Shown here piece after piece: positions 24,635 to 32,000 of a stretch of DNA of 32,000 nt. The position numbers were made by a program, and so were the translations under genes. Origin of the DNA: an uncultured Methanobacteriaceae archaeon (GTDB lineage: Archaea > Methanobacteriota > Methanobacteria > Methanobacteriales > Methanobacteriaceae); NCBI GenBank assembly GCA_902797085.1, contig CADBRM010000049.1:2950-34949 (forward strand). Reading direction: 5' to 3'. A model generated the notes under the pieces. The model had not been told where the DNA came from, did not search any database, and was given only the letters and a program-made list of their open reading frames with translations. The first letter of the stretch is position 1. Each line of letters begins with the position of its first letter.

Positions 24635-26203
24635 TTACTCTTCTATTTTATATGTTAAGTCTTTCTTTTCAATATAGTTAACTATTTTGTTGGTATGTTT
24701 TTTAAGAATTGGTATTCTGTTTAAATATCCTTTGAAGAAATTAATGTCTCTTCCTGTCAATACTTTTAGATGGATTAATGCTATGATGTATATGAATGTG
24801 CCGATTATTAATCCAATAATGGAACCAATGATGGTTTTTGGAATTATCAGACAAACTATCATTAAAATTACATTACTTATGATAATACGCATAATATTTG
24901 TCCAAGGAATTGATATGTTGGTTTTCTGGATTACAAAATACATTATTATTATCATCAATATGCATGTTGTGAGGGTTGTTCCAATTGCAGCACCAATAAT
25001 TCCATTAACATATACAAATGAAGCATTTAACACTATGTTTAATAATGTTCCTAATAGTAGTATGTACATGGGTAATCTTGGATTTCCCGTTCCCTGTAAA
25101 ATGCTGCTACTAATCATGTAAATACTATAAAATGACATTCCTATAACTAATATGCTAAGTACTCCAGAACCTGAAATGTATGCACTACCAAATAGCAATT
25201 CTATTATCGGGGTACTGAATACGCTGATCAGTACACAAAGGGGTAGTACTGTAAGAATACTGTATCTTAAACAGTCAACAACATATTCCTGTAATAATTT
25301 CTGATTTTTCAAAGCATAAGCTTCTGCTGTTGCAGGTAGCAGTACTGTTGATACAGAAAGGGATATTACTAGGGGAATTCTGGAAATGGGATCCGCAGCA
25401 TTATAATAACCTACATCAGTGGATAACATTAATATTCCAATAACCAATGTTCCGACATCATATATTGCCATTTCGGATAATGCAGTTATTGCTACGGGAA
25501 CTGCAAACTTAATCAACATCCATAACAGTTTTAATTCTTCTTTTAGGGATAAATTAAGTGAATCTTCTGATTTAAATAATGGGCTTATGTATTTTTTATA
25601 TAGAAATACTGCAGTAATCGCAGAAACTATGAATCCGAAGGCACTACCCAATACGGCACCCATGGCATAAAGTCCACAATACACGAATACGCATGCAAAT
25701 ACTATGGTTGCAATTTGTTCGGCTAATCTGTTATATACTGTATACTCGTTTTTATATACTCCCTGGAAAGCTCCTCTCATGGCACCTACTACAACACTAA
25801 ATGGCGTAATCAAGCTAACTGCCCTTAAAGGCCATACCACTAATGGTTTATGGAATATGTTATTTGCAATGAAATCTGATGAAAATAACAGGATTATACT
25901 TAACAGTATTGCCATCAGTACCATGAATTTGGTGGCAGTTAATATAACCTGTCTTGTCAGAGCTTTTTCGTCTTGAGCATTATATTCGGCCACATATTTG
26001 GATATCGCGGGAGGCAATCCACCTGCAGACAATATTTGGAAAATACCCTGAAATGGTAAAGTTAAACCATATAAACCATAACCTTCCGGACCTAACATTC
26101 TACTCATTAATAGTCTGTTAATATAACCTCCAACTCTGAACAGAAGGTTACCGATTAATAATATTAAACTATTTTTAAGAACTTTATTTGACATGGTATT
26201 CAC
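24635..26203 (-). CDS. MOP-superfamily polysaccharide/oligosaccharide flippase (Wzx/MurJ/SpoVB-like)
   Basis: About 14 TM segments. The N-terminus is LLIGNLLFRVGGYINRLLMSRMLGPEGYGLYGLTLPFQGIFQILSAGGLPPAISKYVAE. The ORF opens with GTG at 26203, and ATG at 26194 (MSNKVLKN) is an equally plausible start. Confidence 0.8.
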   Translation of the reverse strand: MNTMSNKVLKNSLILLIGNLLFRVGGYINRLLMSRMLGPEGYGLYGLTLPFQGIFQILSAGGLPPAISKYVAEYNAQDEKALTRQVILTATKFMVLMAILLSIILLFSSDFIANNIFHKPLVVWPLRAVSLITPFSVVVGAMRGAFQGVYKNEYTVYNRLAEQIATIVFACVFVYCGLYAMGAVLGSAFGFIVSAITAVFLYKKYISPLFKSEDSLNLSLKEELKLLWMLIKFAVPVAITALSEMAIYDVGTLVIGILMLSTDVGYYNAADPISRIPLVISLSVSTVLLPATAEAYALKNQKLLQEYVVDCLRYSILTVLPLCVLISVFSTPIIELLFGSAYISGSGVLSILVIGMSFYSIYMISSSILQGTGNPRLPMYILLLGTLLNIVLNASFVYVNGIIGAAIGTTLTTCILMIIIMYFVIQKTNISIPWTNIMRIIISNVILMIVCLIIPKTIIGSIIGLIIGTFIYIIALIHLKVLTGRDINFFKGYLNRIPILKKHTNKIVNYIEKKDLTYKIEE

Positions 26204-26307
26204 AAATTCATTTATTTTAAATAAAATGTTTATATTACTTTAAATAAATATATCTATATAGTTTATTATTTATTTAATGCTAATTAACTAGTTTATGGTA
26301 GATTGTT

Positions 26308-27405
26308 ATGAATTTAAAAAAGTATGATATTTTTTCACCGATTATTTTTGTTCTATTGGTTATTCTATATCTAATTTTTTCACAAATAGCTTTTTATTAC
26401 CATTTAAAAGAGTTAGTTGGTGTTAATTTTAACACGATTTGTATAATATTTTTGGGTTTAATATTTTATGTACTCGGAATTTATATTTCCAAGCATTTAC
26501 TGAAAAATAGTGAGTTAACTCTTGATACTATTAAAATAGATAAGATATTTTCTGAAAAGATAGTTCTTTCCTTTGTCATTTTAGGTATACTTTTACAAAT
26601 AATCAATTTGTTTTATTTGGGAGGAATACCATTACTTAGTGGTTATTTAAAAGCACATGCAGCTACAAGGATATGGTTATTGTCTTATTTGATATTTTTA
26701 CCTTCAATCAATATATTAATTGCCAGATATGATAATAAGAAATATTGGCTGCTGTTTTTACTGGGATTATTATTGTTTGTATGCACCGGATATCGAACGA
26801 CGGTTATGGCAATTGTCATAAGTATTTTAATAACGGTGTATTATACAAGAGAGTTACCTAGTAAATATCTTATATTGGCAACACTGGGAATATTTGTACT
26901 GTTGTTAATTGTGGGGTATGTTGCTGTCAAATCAATCGAATGGCAAACTTGGACTTTAAGTCCTTTAGAATTATTATTTTATAGGGCAGGATACACGTTA
27001 CAAGTATTGGATCGTGCGGTAGTATTACAAGGAAGCACTCATGGGCAATTATTGTATAATACTCTTATGGGCTTTTTCCATTCAACTGATCCAAGGGTTA
27101 TTGTTGGTTCTACAACATTGGGGTATGCTCATTCAACAACTTCTATGATATTTGGTCCGGCATTACTTGATTTTGGATTATATGCAATGGTTATCCAAAT
27201 GATTATTTTGGGTATTGTGATGAATTTCATGTATACTTTACAGAAATCTCTTGGTAATATCTTTATTGCATTATATGCTATGTTGCTAGCGCATGTGCTT
27301 ATATGGATTGAAACAGGACCAACAGATTTGGTAGTGTTACTTTTCTTTGTGATATCAATTATACTTGTTATATATGCGGTAAAAATTAAAAAGGTGGGTG
27401 TGTAG
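26308..27405 (+). CDS. Polytopic membrane protein, oligosaccharide repeat-unit polymerase (Wzy)-like
   Basis: 365 aa, about 10 TM segments, with a larger loop (SIEWQTWTLSPLELLFYRAGYTLQVLDRAVVLQGSTHGQ). Its position between a flippase and a GT-B-like gene fits the call. The family call is tentative. Confidence 0.4.
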   Translation: MNLKKYDIFSPIIFVLLVILYLIFSQIAFYYHLKELVGVNFNTICIIFLGLIFYVLGIYISKHLLKNSELTLDTIKIDKIFSEKIVLSFVILGILLQIINLFYLGGIPLLSGYLKAHAATRIWLLSYLIFLPSINILIARYDNKKYWLLFLLGLLLFVCTGYRTTVMAIVISILITVYYTRELPSKYLILATLGIFVLLLIVGYVAVKSIEWQTWTLSPLELLFYRAGYTLQVLDRAVVLQGSTHGQLLYNTLMGFFHSTDPRVIVGSTTLGYAHSTTSMIFGPALLDFGLYAMVIQMIILGIVMNFMYTLQKSLGNIFIALYAMLLAHVLIWIETGPTDLVVLLFFVISIILVIYAVKIKKVGV

Positions 27406-28475
27406 TGAATATAGCAGTAGTCGCAGAAACAGCACCGGCAAAATCATTAATACCAGTAATTGAAAAATTGGATGACAATATAATTTCTTTGACACATAGT
27501 GAGGGAGCAATGAAATTATTAAGTCCATATAGTTCAGATATTCTGTCTATAGGTGAAGGTAGGAGAAATACCACAGTCAAAAGAAGTGATTTAACTATAG
27601 GTAGGTTGGTTTTAAAGGATACTTACCGTACTTATAATGCACTTAAACATAGGGATGTTGATTTGGTATTGACTTGTGGTAACGCTGGTGATGTACGTAA
27701 GGGTATATCTGCAGCAAAACAATTGGGTATCCCTAAAATTCACATGGAACAGGATATTTATAATCCTATTGAAATGATTGCCTATGCTGATTTGATTACA
27801 GTTCCTAATAGTTCTGCTCAAAAAGCTTTGAAAAAGATGTATGGAATTTATAATACGGTTAATATTAAAGGATATCCTCAAGCAGAATATGTTAGTAGAG
27901 TTCCCATTATGGAACCTGAAACAATATATAAACATTATAAAATGGATGATTTTTACATTTTGTTTTTGGGTGGAGATACCAGAACTTCAGACATTCCGAA
28001 AATTATTCAAGAAGTTCAAATGTTGGATAAGACAATTCTCATTATACCATATAGGTTTGAAGCTAAATCAATTAGTAAATTCATTACCCGGAAAAATGTT
28101 TATGTTATTGATGGTTATGTTGATTTAATTAGCTTGATGAATGCCTCTCAAGGGGTAATATATTGTGCGGGAATGGGTGTAACCATAGAAGTTGGTGCAT
28201 TAAGTGTTCCTGCAGTTAAACTATTGGGTTTCCATACCGAACATGCAAGTAATGATTTGGCTCAGTCATTAGGAATTGATGTAATTTCAGCTTATGATAT
28301 TCAATATGCTGTTTCTCATATGAGAAGACCTCATGGTTCTAGATTAATTAAAAATGGATGTAAAGCTAGCTTTAAGGTTGCTGAACTAACAAGGGACATG
28401 TCTATGTTTGATCAGACAACGGGCGGCATGAAAAGTTTGAAATTAATATGGAATCAGAGGAAAAAATATCGATAA
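27405..28475 (+). CDS. GT-B-fold glycosyltransferase-like protein (MurG/DUF354-like)
   Basis: The GTG start overlaps the upstream TAG by 1 nt (taGtg), with AGGTGG 7 nt upstream. It shows a two-Rossmann pattern, and the C-terminal ASQGVIYCAGMGVTIEVGALSVPAVKLL resembles the MurG donor-binding helix region (RAGAGTIAELLALGKPAILVP). Confidence 0.4.
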   Translation: MNIAVVAETAPAKSLIPVIEKLDDNIISLTHSEGAMKLLSPYSSDILSIGEGRRNTTVKRSDLTIGRLVLKDTYRTYNALKHRDVDLVLTCGNAGDVRKGISAAKQLGIPKIHMEQDIYNPIEMIAYADLITVPNSSAQKALKKMYGIYNTVNIKGYPQAEYVSRVPIMEPETIYKHYKMDDFYILFLGGDTRTSDIPKIIQEVQMLDKTILIIPYRFEAKSISKFITRKNVYVIDGYVDLISLMNASQGVIYCAGMGVTIEVGALSVPAVKLLGFHTEHASNDLAQSLGIDVISAYDIQYAVSHMRRPHGSRLIKNGCKASFKVAELTRDMSMFDQTTGGMKSLKLIWNQRKKYR

Positions 28476-28497
28476 CTCGATATTACTATTTTTTTTT
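28466..28497 (+). terminator. Hairpin (7-bp stem ATATCGA/TCGATAT) spanning the stop codon, followed by T9
   Basis: atatcga (28466-28472), taac, tcgatat (28477-28483), tacta, then T9 (28489-28497). Confidence 0.55.
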
Positions 28498-28692
28498 AAA
28501 ATTTTCAAAAGATTACTTTTGATGTTTGATAATCGTTTTTAGATACGGCCATCAAGTCAGATGATTTAATTGTTTATTTTTGATATGTTGTCTGTTTTTT
28601 ATTGAATCTTTTTTTAATACATCCCTTTTTACATTTTACATATTTTCTAAAAAGATTCTAAAAAAATAAGGGTGGTGGTGAAATATTGGTGA

Positions 28693-29679
<987 letters not shown>

Positions 29680-29870
29680 TTATCTCCTAAAATTATATAA
29701 TTCGGTTATAGTTAATTTTCTTTTATAATAATATTTTTTGATATAACATTTTATTTATCAATTTAATTTAATAAACTTTTGTTATTTTAATTCTTAGCTA
29801 GTATTTTCATTAATTATAATACTTATAAAAAAAAGAATTATCATTAACAAAGTTATGGAAGAAAGATATT

Positions 29871-30665
29871 ATGATAGAATTACCTAAATTTGATGCAGAG
29901 CTTTTTATAAAAAAAGCATGTAAGTTTATAAAAGAAACAGTTAATAATGCTCATTGTGAGGGGGTCGTCCTTGGATTAAGTGGTGGAATTGACTCGGCAG
30001 TAGTGGCATATCTCTCAGTAAAGGCGTTAGGTTCATCAAATGTTAGGGGATATATTCTTCCATCTAAAACAACTTCTGATGATGATTTAAGAGATGCTCA
30101 ATTAGTAAAAGACTCACTGGCTATAGGTGGTGATTGCATATCCATTGAAGATTTTCACGTGAATTTTTTACAATTATGTAACAGGAAAACACTTCCTGCC
30201 GATAATTCGGTTTTAGCTTCTGCAAATGTTAAACCAAGAATAAGAATGAGTATATTATATTATTATGCCACAATATTTAATTCATTGGTAATCGGTACTG
30301 GAAACAGAACGGAGTTAAGTGTTGGTTATTTTACTAAATATGGTGATGGTGGAGTGGATTTATTGCCTATAGGGGATTTATATAAAGAAGAAGTGGTTGA
30401 AGTAGCAAAATGTTTGGGAGTTCCTGAATCAATAATAGAAAAACCACCCACAGCAGGATTATTGCCTGAACAAACCGATGAAAAAGAGTTAGGTATGACT
30501 TATCCTATTTTGGATAGATTATTGTATTTGTATTTAGATAAATCTGATGGAATAGAAGAAATATCTGAAAAATTACAGTTAGATGTTGCCGAAGTTGAAA
30601 GAATAGCTAGATTATATGATAATTCGGAGCATAAGAGGAATACAGCTCCTATACTCAAAAAATAA
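29871..30665 (+). CDS. nadE: NH3-dependent NAD+ synthetase
   Basis: PP-loop LGLSGGIDSAVVAY, NVKPRIRM, FTKYGDGGVDLLPIGDL and SEHKRNTAP are collinear with B. subtilis NadE motifs. Confidence 0.9.
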   Translation: MIELPKFDAELFIKKACKFIKETVNNAHCEGVVLGLSGGIDSAVVAYLSVKALGSSNVRGYILPSKTTSDDDLRDAQLVKDSLAIGGDCISIEDFHVNFLQLCNRKTLPADNSVLASANVKPRIRMSILYYYATIFNSLVIGTGNRTELSVGYFTKYGDGGVDLLPIGDLYKEEVVEVAKCLGVPESIIEKPPTAGLLPEQTDEKELGMTYPILDRLLYLYLDKSDGIEEISEKLQLDVAEVERIARLYDNSEHKRNTAPILKK

Positions 30666-30812
30666 AGTTATTTGATTAATTCATCTCCTTTTTTTTAATA
30701 TTCTTTTTTAAATAATTAAATTAAAATATTGTAAGTTATATAAATATTAATATTATAAACAATTGTAATTATTTTCATTTAATAATATAATAATCGATAC
30801 GGAGTTTAACCT

Positions 30813-32000
30813 ATGGTTTCTGAATTAGAAAAGAAATGGCAAAAGAAATGGCAAGAAGAAAAATTATTTGAATCAAACCCTGATGATAGAGAAAAAATGT
30901 ACGTTACCGTAGCATTCCCATATCCAAGTGGTGCAATGCACGTAGGACACGGAAGAACATACACAGTACCTGATGTATATGCAAGATTTAAGAGAATGCA
31001 GGGATTCAATGTATTGTTCCCAATGGCTTGGCACGTAACGGGAGCACCTGTTGTAGGGATTGCAAAAAGAATAGAAAGACATGATCCATGGACCTTGGAT
31101 ATTTATCAGAATGTACATCAAGTGCCTGAAGATGAATTGGAAAAATTCGTTGACCCTGAATATATTGTAAAATATTTCAGTTCTGAATATCATGATGACA
31201 TGACACATATGGGGTATTCTATTGATTGGAGAAGAGAATTCAGAACTATTGACCCACATTACAAACAATTTGTAAGATGGCAAATCAGACAATTAAAAGA
31301 TAAAGATTTAATTAGGAAAGGTTCACATCCTGTAAAATATTGTCCATCCGATGCAAATCCTGTAGGGGATCATGATTTATTAGAAGGGGAAGGAGTCGGA
31401 ATCAATGAATTAACACTCATTAAATTCCCATGTGGTGATGATTTCTTAGTAGCAGCAACATTCAGACCAGAAACATTGTATGGAGCAACAAACTTTTGGT
31501 TAAATCCTGATGAAGAATATATCAAAGTCAAATATAATGATGAGACCTGGATAATAAGTAAAGAATCATATGGAAATATAATTCATCAAAAAGAGTCAAT
31601 GGAAATTATTGAAGATGTTGATCCTAAGGAATACATTGGAAAAACAGTTACAAACCCTATAACAAATGATTTATTACCAATATTCCCGGCATCATTTGTT
31701 GATCCGGATTATGCTACTGGAGTTGTTTTCTCAGTACCTGCACATGCACCTGCAGATTATATCGCTCTTGAAGATATTAAAAACAACAAAGAGTTGATTG
31801 AAAAATACAACCTGCAGGAACAGATTGATAACATTAAGATGATTAGTTTAGTAAATCTTAAAGGATATTCTGAATTCCCTGCAAAAGATTTCATCAAGCA
31901 ATTTAATGTTCAAAATCAGGATGATCCAAAATTAAAAGATGCAACAAATGAAGCTTACAAATCTGAACATGCAAAAGGAATAATGAACGCAAACACAGGT
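30813..32000 (+). CDS. leuS: Leucyl-tRNA synthetase (archaeal type); 3' end runs off the window
   Basis: Absent from the ORF track because it is edge-truncated. ATG at 30813 gives [58 protein letters not shown] (HIGH-type motif HVGH). The frame stays open to 32000. Confidence 0.9.
   Translation, partial: MVSELEKKWQKKWQEEKLFESNPDDREKMYVTVAFPYPSGAMHVGHGRTYTVPDVYARFKRMQGFNVLFPMAWHVTGAPVVGIAKRIERHDPWTLDIYQNVHQVPEDELEKFVDPEYIVKYFSSEYHDDMTHMGYSIDWRREFRTIDPHYKQFVRWQIRQLKDKDLIRKGSHPVKYCPSDANPVGDHDLLEGEGVGINELTLIKFPCGDDFLVAATFRPETLYGATNFWLNPDEEYIKVKYNDETWIISKESYGNIIHQKESMEIIEDVDPKEYIGKTVTNPITNDLLPIFPASFVDPDYATGVVFSVPAHAPADYIALEDIKNNKELIEKYNLQEQIDNIKMISLVNLKGYSEFPAKDFIKQFNVQNQDDPKLKDATNEAYKSEHAKGIMNANTG

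Noticed and set aside
24687-25976. Three plus-strand ORFs (144, 83 and 90 aa)
   Set aside because: All are antisense to the flippase gene and reflect its biased codon composition.
30806-31292. 67-aa and 139-aa minus-strand ORFs
   Set aside because: They are antisense to the edge-truncated leuS frame (HVGH motif, continuous to 32000).

Overview
AT-rich archaeal chromosomal segment. The gene content points to a methanogen of the order Methanobacteriales (Methanosphaera/Methanobrevibacter-like): F420-dependent methylene-H4MPT dehydrogenase (Mtd), an MtaA-type methylcobamide:CoM methyltransferase, a CbiA/CfbB-type a,c-diamide synthase, rhodanese-less ThiI, NucS, an MPE-Lhr pair and a Get3/ArsA ATPase, alongside housekeeping HisB, NadE and LeuS. 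I support 33 protein-coding genes. Three are missing from the supplied ORF track: mtaA (1-975) and leuS (30813-32000), both cut by the window edges, and a 37-aa membrane micro-ORF (7521-7634). I saw no rRNA, tRNA, CRISPR array, transposase or integrase. Most genes carry a GGTGA/GGAGG Shine-Dalgarno 4-10 nt upstream, which I used to re-call several starts. No canonical, already-named novel system is evident. The loci most worth follow-up are: (1) a co-directional seven-gene cluster (AraC regulator, SSS transporter, coupled micro-peptide, Ppx/GppA-fold protein, two tandem Pro-1 tautomerases, ferredoxin); (2) a translationally coupled small ferredoxin plus TIR-like (MTH538/ThsB-like) pair, between a nitrilase gene and NucS and about 2.6 kb from MPE-Lhr; (3) the mtaA gene with two divergent FilR1/Msr-type regulators and a repeat-structured upstream region; (4) a 920-bp noncoding island between convergent genes containing duplications, hairpins and a perfect palindrome; (5) a Wzx/Wzy-like/GT-B envelope glycan module. 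All protein family calls rest on motif recognition by eye; no HMM or BLAST search was possible.
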